64,000 nt of DNA from the human T2T-CHM13v2.0 reference genome, Homo sapiens. The translations under genes and the position numbers were made by a program. Positions 15,201 to 29,114 of the stretch are shown piece by piece. The notes below the pieces were generated by a model. It saw nothing but the letters and a program-made list of their open reading frames with translations. It searched no databases and was not told where the DNA came from. The DNA lies in NCBI RefSeq assembly GCF_009914755.1, contig NC_060940.1; one strand, given 5' to 3'. The stretch's first letter is position 1; each line of letters starts with the position of its first letter.

Positions 15201-16180
15201 TGTTCTTCTATTGTTCTCAGAAAATTGTGAGCTCCTTGAATGTAGAATGTGTGCTTTCTCTTCCTTTTCTTTTAGTTCTCCTAGTATTTAGCCCAATGCT
15301 CAACGCATGTAAAATGAATGAATAGATAAATGAATTTACATGGAACCTGATCCATGTTCAACATAAGGACTTACTTTCTAATAGTTAGGGGTCTCTAAAA
15401 ATAATATAGAAATGTTTCAGAGGTTTAACCATTGTTAAAAATACTTAAAGTGGGGACTCAATGATTATCTGAAAGGGATATGTGGGACGGAGAATTTCTA
15501 AGATTTTTCTAGGTAGTTGAAATCGGAAATTTGTTCTCCAGTAGCGTTTTAATATAAAGCACATATTTAAAAGAGTTCCGAAAAGGTTTCCACAGGTATT
15601 TCCAGCTAGAATTCCTCTTTTTTTTTTTTTTTTTTCAAATGTTCTGGGCACTTCTAATTCTAAGATAGCTGATCCATTTGTAAGAATTTTTCACTGGTAA
15701 ATTTTCACGCACTGTTTCTTTTGTTCTGGACTTATTTCTAGTGACATTTAATATAATAATAAGAAGGACGAAAACAACAACATTACTACTAACACAGCAA
15801 TAGCAACGCCAATAAAAAAATTAATATTCTAGTCTTAAATAAACCTTTTTGCCATTCATCTTTTGAATCTGAAACTCTGACATTGTCTGTGACTATTTCG
15901 AAGGCAATGTGAGAGTTTATTCAAATGCATTTTTAAGCTTATGATTATTAACTTTCCAAACTCGGAAGCATCCCTGGAGGTTTCTTCAGTAGCTATGTCC
16001 TCTACCTGACTTTCAGTCTCTGCCTGCAAACAATCATGGGAGTGCAGGCAATTTTAAAGTAAAATCACTTTGGCAGAAAGGTTTGTTTCTTTTTCTTCGT
16101 TGCCCTGGTATACCACTAGTTTCAAATGCCTAATTTAAACTTGAAAGAAAATTCCTGATGTCCTTGCTTTACATTTCTAG

Positions 16181-16235
16181 AGATCCAATCGAGTACCAGG
16201 TCCAGCGGTAATCTATTCGCAGATGTAGTGGAACA
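16181..16235 (+). other. Candidate internal exon A (55 nt)
   Basis: Branch-like ctgat, acceptor tccttgctttacatttctag|, donor aca|gtgagt; lies in non-repeat sequence. Confidence 0.35.
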
Positions 16236-16589
16236 GTGAGTAACTTAAGTAGGATAAACTTATAATAGGTCAGGAGCTTTAAAAAAAAATCCGGAGAATC
16301 CTGACAAAATGGAAATACCATTCTCGACTTTTATATGTGGCTTACAACAAAACTTGAAATAATAATAATTATGTTTTAGCATGCCATGTCTAAGTATGAG
16401 TGTGGTAAATACTTAAAATACCATATCAGGCTATATGAGAATCACTTTCTACTTTTCTGAGATGGAAAGTTGAGGCTCAGAGTTGGCACTTGAAAAAATC
16501 TGTGAAATGTAGAGCTAGGATTTGAACTGAGTTCTCGGCAAAATTTAGAATATGAGAAGAAAAAAACCTGGCATTTAAACGAAGGAAAG

Positions 16590-17000
16590 AATGAGATAAA
16601 CATCCAGTAGGGTATTTTATGTCAGGAATGGAATGTTTTGTAAAGCAGGTCATAGAGAAAGAAAAATAAATAAATAAAAAGAGAGCAAAGTAAGGGGGAT
16701 CTGAAAGCTCTGGAGTTTTACTATTAAGTGGGATGATCAGATAATCCTTTTCGAGAAGAAGACCTTTGAGCAGAAGATGAAAGGAAGTGAATTAGTTCAT
16801 CATGCAATTATGTGGAGGAAGAGTTTTAGACATTTTAGTCCATGCAAAGACTCTAAGTAGGAGCATGTTTTGAGAAGTCCTATAACAATAAAGAGCCTAG
16901 TAGAGCTGGAATTGTGTGGTTGGGTGGGGAGATAAAAATGGGGGCATGAGCAGTGGGGATTAAACAGAGATGAGCTTAGGAGATGAAGGAAGGGCAGGTG
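16590..17000 (-). mobile_element. L2 relic
   Basis: gagaagaagacctttgagcagaaga...catgcaaagactctaagtaggagcatg motifs. Confidence 0.6.
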
Positions 17001-19093
17001 ACATAAACAGCAAAACAGACAGGATGTTAGGCATTAAGTTTTCACAGAGCCTCTGCTAAACTAGAGAGTGCACACCCAAATTAAGGACCTTCGTGTTGAA
17101 TTTTATAATAATAAAACACAGTTCTGACAAACAAAGCACATTATGGGGCAGAGTTCAACAAGTTTTCTACTACTAATTTAATTTAGTGCCTTCCATTTAT
17201 ACAAAAGGAGGCTGGGCCCACAGAAGTTCAATGTCACAGTTGGTAGATGCCTGACTTTGGACTTCTAAAATGTTCCTTTATTTTCTCCTTCCGCTAAAAA
17301 CTGTTCTGTGTCCTGGCAAAGTTTTAGAAAAGGGGATTGAGCATAAACTAGGGGAAACTCAATTTCCAAGGAAAGCTTCCAGTGACTTAGAAAACTTGAG
17401 ATATCATTGCATAATCTAAAAGAACAAAGTTGCTTTTAAACGCGGATTTATTCAATCCACTGAAACATCTCTAAGTCCCCATGATAGAGGATGGATTGCA
17501 CCACCAGTTGAACTTCCATCCATGTAACTTGGTGAAATGATTTTTGGATCAAGTTAATCCCTTCCTTCTTCTATCCAGTTCTGTAGGAGCTATCACTTTA
17601 GATGATAAGGACTCTTCTCCCCTAGTATGCATTTCTCTCTCCCATCTTTTAGATCATTAAGCCTTAGGAATGCAGCGAGAGTCTGCCTGTCAGTGCCTAT
17701 ACCATGTGGTATTTAAAGTACTCTTTGCAAAACATAATGGCGAAATGGAAAGAATATACACTATAGTTGAATGTTCCATGTTCTAGGGCCTGCTGTGTTT
17801 ATATATATATATATTTTTTTTCCTTCCAGTCTCAGAAGAATAAAAAAGAAAATAACCTAAACAAAAGCTTCTGTATGGTCTGGTTCACAGTAAAACTAAT
17901 TTCTAATGAGCCCTTATTTATTCCCATATCCTCTTCAACAATTATGATAAGTGTTCCAGTGCATTTTAGGTCTTGCTAAATCCCAATTTCTTTTATGTGT
18001 TTATGCTATTTGTTATTTACAAACAACAGTTGAGGTGTGATTAATTGGATGAGTGTGGGGGTGAATGGATAGAGGGATGGGCAAACACATGAATTAATTA
18101 ATGAATGTATGAAGTGAATTGATTTTCAGCATTGGGCACTTAAGTCAATCTTGATGGATGTCTAATAGCTCATTCGGTCAATGACAATATCTAAAATTAC
18201 ATCCAACTCTGAAATTTGTGATTCTATAAATAGTGTTTATCTCATATATCATCAAGGCCATGGCATACACTGAATAATTATTTCTTCTTTATATTTATAA
18301 GTTAAATATATTAGCAATTGCATAGATGAAATATGTGCATATGAGCTGTTCTGAATCACAAAATGTTGAATGGGATTACGTTCTTTTTAGGAATAAAATG
18401 ACATGCAATATACTGCTATATTTTTACTAGAATCTTATGTTTTTCACTAAAAATGTATTAAGAAAGACAGGAACACTTGAGAACACTAAGATAATTCCTG
18501 AGTTTTATAATTGGTGACTGAAGCTCAGAAAAATAAAAAACAATCTTTGTTTGGTCTTGTCTATGGCTACTAAGATTCTTCTAGGCATACCCAACCCATT
18601 TTTGATAAGTAAATGCAGAAGAGAATTTTAAAGTCAATCAGACAGAGGTCAAATATAAAATTTGGATGAATGGAAACACAACATACTAAAGTCTGCTAAA
18701 GGTGTATACCCTTTTAAATCACAACATACTCATCTAGAAAGCTTCAGTGAAAAATCCTAAAGTCTTTGCAGATTTTTCTTTACCCAATATGTTAAATTTT
18801 AAAGTGGATTCAATGACCCCAAGTCTATGTTCCTTGTTTTACTAAAATAGCTTATCGATTAGCCAAGGTCTAAACAAAGCTTTCTACATGATTCATTGAT
18901 TAAAAATAAGATAGGAGAGCTTATTAACACAGTTCTCAGATACATCCTTATTCATAAGCCCCCCTCTTTTTTTTACTTACCTTTCACAATAGTAAAAGCA
19001 AAAGAGCTTATCTACTTTTACATTTCACTAAGCATAGATCATTCACCATTTTGTTATTTTCCAGAGGAAATTTTGAAGAAAATACACATATGT

Positions 19094-19156
19094 TATGTTA
19101 TTTGGTGAATTAAATATCTGAAATATGTTATTTGGTGAATTAAATATCTGAAATAT
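19094..19156. repeat. Perfect 30-bp tandem duplication (2.1 copies)
   Basis: tatgttatttggtgaattaaatatctgaaa repeated exactly. Confidence 0.97.
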
Positions 19157-20609
19157 CAAACTGTTTAATAGTTTATCACAGCTTCAGATGTTAGAGAAAT
19201 TGTAGCCATTTAATATGCTTATTTTGATATCATAACTTAGCACAATCTGACCCTAATACAAAATGCTAACTTATTAAGGAAGCAGAGGATCCTTTGGAAA
19301 ATGTTCTTTAAATATTTCTTATGGTGGACTAGCTCATTGTTAAAAACTGTTCAGTTTTATCACTAAAATTTGAAAAGAATAATGATTAGATTTGTCTCAT
19401 ATTTATTCATATTTTCCATGTACAGATTTTTAGATCAACGTGGGTAAATGGTTCCATAGTGACATGCATGGCTTCCAATCCACATTTACAAGATGTCATC
19501 TTTTGCTAGGTTGACTATAAAACTTATCATTCAAACTAGAATACTTTTGAGAATGAGAGATAGTACTATTAATAATTATGCTGGAAAAGTCCTTTCTTCC
19601 TTGGGCACAGAAGCCTGGATGCTCAAGTCAAATTGCCCTTTATGTGTAGAAAGGCAGTTTTCTCTAATAAAAAACAAAGACAGCAAACAAAACTAAAAAT
19701 GAAACAAAAAAGCAAGACCCCCTCAAAAATGTACAAAACAGTTTGATTATATTTGAGTGCTAGGATCCAGTTGCCAAGGTAAACTCTAAAACTATCCCTT
19801 CCTCTCCTTTGCTTTAATGAAGTAAATAAAGATAACCTTTCCAGACATTTGTGTATGGTTGTTTTTCTATTTCGTTGCTTTTTGGGTATGAAACAAACTC
19901 TAATTTATTCTGTAAACCTTTCCAGTGGACTTTTATTCAGTGATGCTGGTCTTAAAGTTCCAGAAGATATTACCCTCTTCTCTACTATATATTCTTTTAC
20001 TTGATAATACTTCCATAATTACATGTTTCATTGCAGTGCATTTTTTTTGCATGTGAGCTTCTACTATAGTACGTGTTCTGTAAAGTTTGTTTTTAACTTC
20101 CATCTCTAAATCTCAGCACTTTAGTGTCACAGATTAAGTTGTCAGAAAGAGTTAAAAGTAATAACCTTGAAAAGGGGTTATCTGTCTTGCTAAGAAATGA
20201 GGGTACTCTACAAGATGTCATTCCTGATAATTGACAGAAATAATAATTACAAAGCAAGTTAATAAACTTCAGCACAATATTGAAGCTGACATTGGTGATG
20301 AAACCATTTTTACCATATATTTTACGCCATAAGTTGTATATAATAAAACTTTTTGGTCAATTTCAACCTTTTTCTCTTGAAATTTCTGTTGTACCTTCTG
20401 TAGAAATGCTTCATCAGAAATACTCATTTTTCTCTGCTGTTCTTCTGGGTGTTTTATGATAATCTCATAATTAAATGATACTCAAGGTTATTTTGCATTG
20501 GAAAAAGAAAAGTATGCACATAGTATATCAAAATGTTTCATATCTAAATATTGCTCTACTTAATTCACTTTGCTTTGTAGTATATAATTTGATGTTTAAC
20601 ATTAAAAAT

Positions 20610-20922
<313 letters not shown>

Positions 20923-21139
20923 CTATACTTGGCTTTGCTATTTTTTTTCTGTTAAACATAGAGTTTAAGAACAATAAGAAGGGCTTAATGGCAGTAGTCA
21001 TTCTAATGAATGATTTAATTTCAGGTTTAGTAACATAAATGCTCATGTAAAATTCCACGTGTATTACACATTTGCATAAGCTTCCATACTTTTATCATCC
21101 AGATGGGTTTCAGGGAGGGATATTTAAAATGTATTTGTG

Positions 21140-21188
21140 CACATGTACCCTAAAACTTAAAGTATAATAAAAAAAAGAAAAAAGAAAA
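21140..21188 (+). mobile_element. Ultra-short L1PA 3' end insertion
   Basis: cacatgtaccctaaaacttaaagtataataaaa followed by an A tail; 15-bp TSD taaaatgtatttgtg / taaaatatatttgtg. Confidence 0.88.
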
Positions 21189-21627
21189 TAAAATATATTT
21201 GTGTGAAAATCAGATTTAAGTTGCAAAGCTTCCCAGATTAAATAGAGAGCAAAAACTTCTGTTGTTAAAATTATGCCATTATGAGAATATTCCAGTAGAT
21301 TACACTTTGAAAAAGACTTAGTACTGTATGTTTATTTTGGCACTGGCAGGAACAGAGATGGTTTTACCTAAAATATATTAGAAAAGAATCATCTTTAGTG
21401 AATCTAATTTATATTTTAAGCAAAACAAACAAACAAACAAAAAAACCTAGATTCACACACCTTCTTCCCTAATAGAATTATATTTGTTTGAATTTGTTTT
21501 TTCTTCTATGTCAAAAGTTCAACCTTGCAGCTATTTTAACCTTTCAGTAAAATATAAGAAAACCAAATATTTAATCTACGTACTAGAGAATCTTTATTTT
21601 ATATGAGAACTCAAAAATATTTCACTT

Positions 21628-21857
<230 letters not shown>

Positions 21858-22654
21858 CTAGGCTATTATGAGAGTTGAACATGGAAAGATATAGTTAGCA
21901 TAAGTGCTATGATGTTGGCACTGAAACGGATGTGAAAGACACTTTGTTAGCTCTCCATCATAAAGACAAGTTTTGTAATCTGTGAGTTGGCATTCTTAGG
22001 ATATCTATTTTCCGATTCTCCATTCTTATTTCTCACCATTCATTTACAACTTCACGCTAGAGAGTCCAAACATTAAACCCATTATGGTTCCCTACATTTG
22101 TCTTTTTAATCTGTTTGTACATATGGGTGTGTGTGCACTTTAGCTGCCTAGCATGTATTTTTCACCCTGCGAGAACTGTGATGCATCATTTTTAAAAGAT
22201 GAATAGATTTCCATTAGGTGGACCAGTGCTTGATCAAACATCAACCTCCCTAAATTTAACCTTAGCTCTGTCACTGATCAATTGTCTGGTAATGTAGAAA
22301 TTGCATAATCTCTGTCTGTACCTGAGTTTCTTCTTGTGTCAAATGGTAATACTATTATATCTGAAAGAATAGTTGTATTTATGAAGATATATTAATTTCA
22401 CATAGTTTCAGGTTTTTAAGGGATGCTTATTAAAGACTGTCAAAAAGTAAAAAAAAAAAAAAATGAATTAATGTAATTCTCTCTATACCATTATTTGTTT
22501 GGCCTGATGGTAAAAATTGAAGTGATAGTTTCAGTGAAAAATAGTTTGGTATTTGTTTGTTTTTTAGTGTAGTCTCCAACTGTGAAATCTCTGGGATTTT
22601 ACTCTCTTTCCAGTACTCACCAGAATTATCTTAATCATGTTCACACACTAAACA

Positions 22655-22790
22655 GAAGATGGCACATCACCAGAATCCCCTGGTAACTTTATAAAAACGC
22701 AATGTTTCATGTCTCCCACTCCTCCCAACCCCACAAAATGCTGATTCTGAAGGTCTGGAGTAAAGATGCACCATTAAGTAATTCCACTTT
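22655..22790. mobile_element. MER5-like hAT-Charlie fragment
   Basis: cagaatcccctggtaactttataaaaacgca...ctgattctgaaggtctggag. Confidence 0.55.
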
Positions 22791-24099
22791 ATCTTCAGAT
22801 TGGGGTCTGCTTTCAGCTACTGCATAGCCACTATGATCATCTCCTCCAACTCTGCCTTCTCGTCCTCTTTTTATCCTTCGGATATCTCTTATCATATCCA
22901 ATAATTGCGTTCTAGGCTGCCAAAAAGCTAACAGAAGTCACCTGAAGTCTGCCCCATTGCGATGCATTCATTCTTTTCTTTTTTTTCCCCCTCACAAATC
23001 TTTATTGAGTGTCTTCTGTGTATCAGGCACGGTGCTATCTGCTAAGTGAGCACTGCTTATCTTTTAGCCTAAAGATTGTATTGCTGAGTAACAAGAATTC
23101 AGACTGCCTGGGTTTTAACCCTGGATAAAACCACTGCTAGCCATTGTGTAACACTGGGTGGTCTCTAACCCCACTCATCTGACTTAAACATCTCTGGCAT
23201 GTGGATAGCATGCTCCCCAAGTCTCTGGATTCTTTGCAAGATATTTATTATAATCCGATAAATTCACATAACATGTTAGTTATAAATTTTATTAAAAGAA
23301 ATATTAGTGATCATGGAGACATCATAAAAAAGTAAACCAACCAATGAAAATTTATAAGGTATAAGTTTCATGGAGGGCAAAGACTACGATGCTTGAGAAA
23401 AAGCAGAGAAGAAAGATTCAATGAAGTGATAGAAGAAAGCTTCTTGAGTAGGTGACAGTGAAGTTGGTATGTGGAAGGTAAGAATAAAAATGACCTAAGA
23501 AAGCCAGTGGCAAAACATTTCTGGCAGAATAAGAGGCATATCCAGAGACTTGCATCATAGAATCACATGGCATATTCCAAAAGCTGAAAGAAGGGCAGGA
23601 AGTATACAGCTGCTGCCCAAAATGAGGATCCAATTGGCTGTTTAAAAGGGGTTATTACAAAGCTCGAGGCTGCTGAAGCACCTGCGGCACCTAATTGACA
23701 TTCTCTGCTCATGAGCACTACAGCTGTCCCCTGTAGTGGTGGCCAGTGTTTTTGCCAAAGGCATTAGGTTGTCTGTTTAAGCTATGACAAGCGTGTCCAA
23801 AACCCACCCACTCATAAGATGATCTCTGGAGCACTTACTTGCCTAGAGCCCCTCTTTCATGCTGAGTTTCTGACTAGCTTTCACCTGAAAAGTTCACCTG
23901 GCACTATGAGTCCAAAGTTCATCACATTTATAATAAAATGTCTCTTTACATTTAAGATGTCTTTAGATGTGTTATTAAGTCAATTCTTCTAGACTCATTT
24001 TAAGACACATGTTGCTAGATGGATAAGAATTGGGCTCCAATGTCATGTTACCATTTATATTTCCTCTCTGAAACTTAATTGCTCTGGGGACCTTTGATA

Positions 24100-24665
24100 T
24101 ATGGTTTTTAATGTTCCATTAAAACATTAAACACAAACAGTGGGTAAAAATAACACCTCTTTATTAACTCAAAGTTGTATCAGTCAGAAGTCTGAGCACA
24201 GTATGACAGGACTTTTAGTTCAGGGTTTCACAAAGCTGAGACCAAAATCTCAGCCTGGCTCTCATCTTGAGGTCAAGGGTCTTCCAAGTTCACCTGATGA
24301 TGGCAGAATTCAGTTCTTTGCTGCTTCAGTACTGAGGTCCCTGTTTCCTTACTGGCTGTCAGGCAGGGGCTTCTTGGAGCTCCTGGACATTCCTATCTAT
24401 GTGGCCAACTCTATCTTCAAAGCCAGCAACACAGAATCTAACTCATGTTGACTCCTTCTCCCTCTTCAGATGCTTTCTTCAGGAAGAGCCTGGTTGTTTT
24501 TAAGGGTTCACCTCATTAAGTCATATCCACTCAGACAATCTCCCTTTCTTAAATGCAACTGTGTCTTACAGTCATGGGAGTGACTATCCCATCATACTTG
24601 GAGTCCACATTCATGCTGGAGGGCAGGGGCAGAAATCTAGGGAGGCTCTTTAGAATGTTACCTTT
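24100..24665 (-). mobile_element. MaLR LTR (MLT1D/E-like)
   Basis: ggcagaattcagttctttgc...ctgaggtccctgtttcctt...tcttcaaagccagcaa...ttttaagggttcac motifs. Confidence 0.8.
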
Positions 24666-24679
24666 GTCAAGGCTTCAAG

Positions 24680-24835
24680 CCATAGATTCCTCCTCCTTAA
24701 ATCAGGGATGATAATGGTGCCTGTGGTTTGGATTGCTGTGATGAGTAAATGAGATAATCAATGTAAAGTGCTTGCTACACCTACTGGCATATAAATGGTC
24801 TTAAGAAATACCAGTGCTGTTACTCACACTATTAT
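24680..24835 (+). mobile_element. MIR relic
   Basis: gagtaaatgagataatcaatgtaaagtgcttg 3' core. Confidence 0.65.
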
Positions 24836-25092
24836 GAACCCTAAAACAATCACCAGCACCTCCACTATTACATTTCTTAAGGACAAGTCTTGTGTGGTCT
24901 GTGGCAGATGGCGTATAATCTACATTCATGGTTTCCCTTTTTTTCTGACCCTAAAATGATTATTTGTCCAAGAAACCAAGGATCCACTTGACTCCAAACA
25001 GATTCCTGGAAGATTTTCATTCCCATTTTCCTTAAGGAATATGATTCCTTGAGTAAACACAGTGGAGCTTCCATATGTACTCATTTTCTCCA

Positions 25093-25096
25093 ACAC

Positions 25097-25165
<69 letters not shown>
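25093..25165. repeat. Compound microsatellite (CATACA)n(CA)n
   Basis: Seen directly. Confidence 0.97.
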
Positions 25166-25166
<1 letters not shown>

Positions 25167-26249
25167 TACACTCTTCAAAGCAAGAGAAATAATCATTTCA
25201 GATGTATTTTATAATGACACAAAACTGCATTTATATCCTAACTCTACTAGGATTTTGTAATCAGCTTCCGAGAGCCTCGACTTCCTTACCTATATTATAG
25301 ATATATTAGTGATAACTATCATACAGAGTGGTTATTAGAATTAAATTACTATACAGTAACTTCCAGGTAAATTGTAGCTATCATTGTTAGCATAAATCCA
25401 GCACAATTTGTTATCCCATTTATGCAAATGACTCAGAAATTTCCAACCTGGTACCCCCAAAATATTAAATATGCCATTTTAGTCATTTTTTAAAGTAAAG
25501 AGAAGGACAAACATTCCTAATTGTTCATCACTAAAAATTTTTCTTTCTAGATGCCAGGACACCAGCAGGATGATACCTTTTTAAAAAATAAATAAGTATT
25601 CAGTGTTTTGAAGCATTTTGTTTTTGCATTTATTCTGATTTATTCTACAGTAGGTTTCTGGGGAAATCTCAAACACTTTTTATTGCAGGCCATGAGAAAT
25701 GCTATATAGGTGTGGATTTGGATGGATGTGATGTTTGGAAGCATCCTGGTTCATTTTTCTTCCTTTGACCATCCATGCTGATTGAGGCAAGAACAGTATT
25801 GAGCTGATCACTTTGATTCGTGACATCTGCTGTGTTTCTCCACCAGAGCCACCTTACCCCAGATGTGATCTTCCCCACAGAGAAAATGCAAAGAGATATC
25901 GTTGCAACCACCAGTATCAGTAAATGCTTTTCACAAAACAGGAAGCTAAAATAAGGGGGAAATCTATCTGCTATCTTAACACCCTAAAGAGCTTGAAATG
26001 GATTTTTTGACATTCAGTGTTTCACTCACTGGTATGTATCTCCAAGGTTGAGCTGTTTTTATTATGTTTAAAGATAATATTGCCTTTTTTTCTTTCCTCT
26101 TCTTTTCTTTTTGAATGACATAGTGTTATTTTCCAGAATTTGAAATGCATTCAAAGTAAAACCATGCTGAAGTGAAGGGTGATTTTAGTTAACATTTTGA
26201 TGGTCCATGTTAGTATTTAATGTTGCATTTTTGACTAGGCAGAAGTAGA

Positions 26250-27240
26250 GTTTATTTATTCACTAAAAAAAGACTTACAGAACATCTAGTTTTTGCCAAG
26301 CACAAAATTAGGCACTGAGAATATAGATATGCAGCATAGGATTGTGTTAAAAGAACAGTCGGGATTCAGACTGTTTAAGATCACCACTTTCTTAAGGCTA
26401 AGAGGCCTTAAGAAAGCCACCTAATTCCTCTTGCCTTATTTTATCAGTATAATGTCTATAACAACAGTACCTACATCAAAAGGCTGTAATGAGAAGTAAT
26501 CAAGTTAATATTTGTAAAATGCTTAGAAAACACTGCCTAACATGTAAGTTCTATATACGTCTAAAAAGCATTAATGAAATTATCACATTTGCCTTCATGT
26601 AGCTCACAGTCTTAAGGGAAAAAAGAACTACTAAATGACTGTATTTCATGATTAGGTGATTAAAAATTAAACCTTCATAGCAGTGACATAAAGTAACACC
26701 TAATGCAGTTGGGACAAGGAGGTGTGAGGAGAATAAGTAAGCCTTCAAGGAAAGCTGATGCTTGATTTGCATCTTGAAGATTGAGCAGGGGTTGATGAAG
26801 AAAATGGATGAGAATTCCAGGCATTCAATTCTGCATTGACAATACAGCAGATTAGCCAGACCAATGAGACTATGTAGGGGGACTCGTGGGTGGTGAGGCT
26901 GCAGAAATAGACACGTACCAGATGATGGAGAAGATATGTGTTGGTTAGTTTTATTTTCTTTCTCTGAGGGCAACAGAGTCACTGAAGTATTTTTACCAGA
27001 CGTAATTGTAATGACTAATATCAGGTATAGTATGTTGGAAGATTCATACTAGTAGGTAAGAGGAGAAAAAAGACTCAAGGCAGGAGACCCCATCAACAGC
27101 CTGCAGTAATAGGATTAGATGAAATAAGTCAACAGCAGTGGAAGAAAGCTGAGAAAATAGATACAAACTTGACTGATAAGATGCCAGCAGCCAGAAAGAA
27201 GAAAGAGCTCTGAGCCACTGTGTGGGAAACACAAGGAATT
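26250..27240 (-). mobile_element. L2 relic with an embedded + strand MIR (about 26355-26560)
   Basis: L2 reverse motifs (taggcactgagaatatag; caaggcaggagaccc) and a MIR core (agtacctacatc...gtaaaatgcttagaa). Confidence 0.55.
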
Positions 27241-29114
27241 GGATTTACTAACCACTAGTTATTCTGAGTGCAATTCATCCATTCATATTACATGGCAAAG
27301 GAAAAAGATGCCATGAATTTATTGCAATATTGATGACAAATATTGCATTAGCAGAACTTCATGAATCAGTGGAGCACAACATTAAACCAAGGGCGCTTGC
27401 CTTTATAATTAGAGAGAAAAGCAAAATTAGAAAGCTTCTAATCCACCACTCCCAGCGCACCATGAATCAGAGAGATTAAAGATACAAACAAGATTTAGGC
27501 ATTTCGTTAGCTTCAGCACAAAGCAGAATAACATGGACTCTGCCATTAGGTAGACTTAGATTCAAACGAATCACTAGAGCTGTCAACCTGCAAAAGCCAC
27601 TGTTTCATCTTCTCATTTGTGAAATGGCAAAATATTTCAACTTTAAATAGTTTGGTGCAAACTAAAATTTTGTACTATTATTTATGTAAATTATCAAGAT
27701 TCTAATACGTGTTAGACCCTTGAACAAATTATAAGGCCAGCAGCCACTTCCATTTATTAGTATTTTAAATGTTTAATTCATAAAGGACTTCAGTTGACTT
27801 AGAATAAGAAGACATCCGTTAAATAATAGAATGTTGAACTAGAAATTATAAGGCAAGACCATAGCAAAAGAAAATAAAATTTGGATCATGAAAAGGAAAA
27901 CCAAATTTGAACATAAAGGTCAACTTCTTTGCCAGAGTTGAGATAATATTTGAATTGAGTCCCAGTGAGATAGATAAATGTGCCAGAGCCCAGAGACGAT
28001 GCCAGGTCTCCTGCCTAGTAGGGCAATGCACTTCCTCCTTCACCAAGAAATGACTGAATTAAGAATAAAATACTACAGGAGGAAATGTGCTACAGGTAAT
28101 TAAAAGCTCTATAGTCTGTTGGAGGAAAGTGGATGCAAACATTTCAACCCATGTGTTTCACTTTGAATTCTGCATGGTGAATATGAGAAATCACATTTGC
28201 TGTTCTATTTTCCTTTAAGTAGCCCTGCATGTTATACTTTTCCATTATGCTACCATCTTATTAATGAAGAATTATTATGGCAAAGAAATCTTTTGAGACA
28301 GTTTAAGCCAGCAAACTGCTTAAAGGGGAGGAAATGATGTTTCCAAATTGGAATCAGAGACTCCTAAACATGAGGACACATAGTATCTTGCTTCCAGTCT
28401 CTCACTTGAGCCACAATCATAATGCATTTCTGAAATATCTTGAGGGGGAAGAAAATAAACAGTACTCAGCAAAAAATAAGTGTGTTGGATTTTCAGAGAA
28501 GCAGATATTTACACAGATGTTAAGCTTAGAAATGAGAAAAAGGTGAATGACTCTCTAGGGACAAGTAGCTACACAGGATTCAAAGGTAAATTATGGAATA
28601 TGAAATGTTCTTATAGAGAAAAACTGCTGAGTAATTAAAGAGAAAAATAACTGGTCATAGAACTTGCATGTGATGAAGCAGAGACAATCAATGGACACAC
28701 AATTTCCTTTAAGAGAGCAGGAAAAGGAAGATATATTTCTTTCTTTCAGAATCAGAAGTATAATTTATGAAATGACAGCTTTTACTTTCCATCAGAATAT
28801 ACACATTTTCTTCCTATTCTCTCGGGATCTCAATCAGAATGTGGAAAATAAAATCTCTGTCAAGAGGAAAAGGACTCTGATATGTTCCAGAACAGAACAG
28901 TTTTAATGAACCCTGAAAGCTGATAAATCTAAAAGTTACAATTTAGTGAATTAAGCATCATTTAAGGCCTAGTGATATTGGGGCTGAGGCAAACAAACAA
29001 AACAAACAAATAAAAAAAATATTGTGAGATAATTTAAAAACAAGTGATTTATGTCAGTTTCCTCTTCTATGGATTCTGATTCTAAGAAGCATGATTGATG
29101 AGATATTTGCTCTA

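Noticed and set aside
15553-15600. TATA box plus donor (cag|gtattt) as a first exon
   Set aside because: The implied exon would be only about 13 nt, and TATA-like words are common in AT-rich DNA; kept only as part of the CpG-block finding.
22650-24915. CTCF-like words (cagaagatggcac near 22653, ggcagatggcg near 24903)
   Set aside because: Only partial matches to the core motif; cannot be supported without a PWM scan or ChIP data.
24926-25260. VY-repeat and TH-repeat ORFs
   Set aside because: They are translations of the (CATACA)n microsatellite.
26551-26982. 143-aa minus ORF
   Set aside because: Non-ATG start, overlaps decayed L2 sequence, no recognisable motif.
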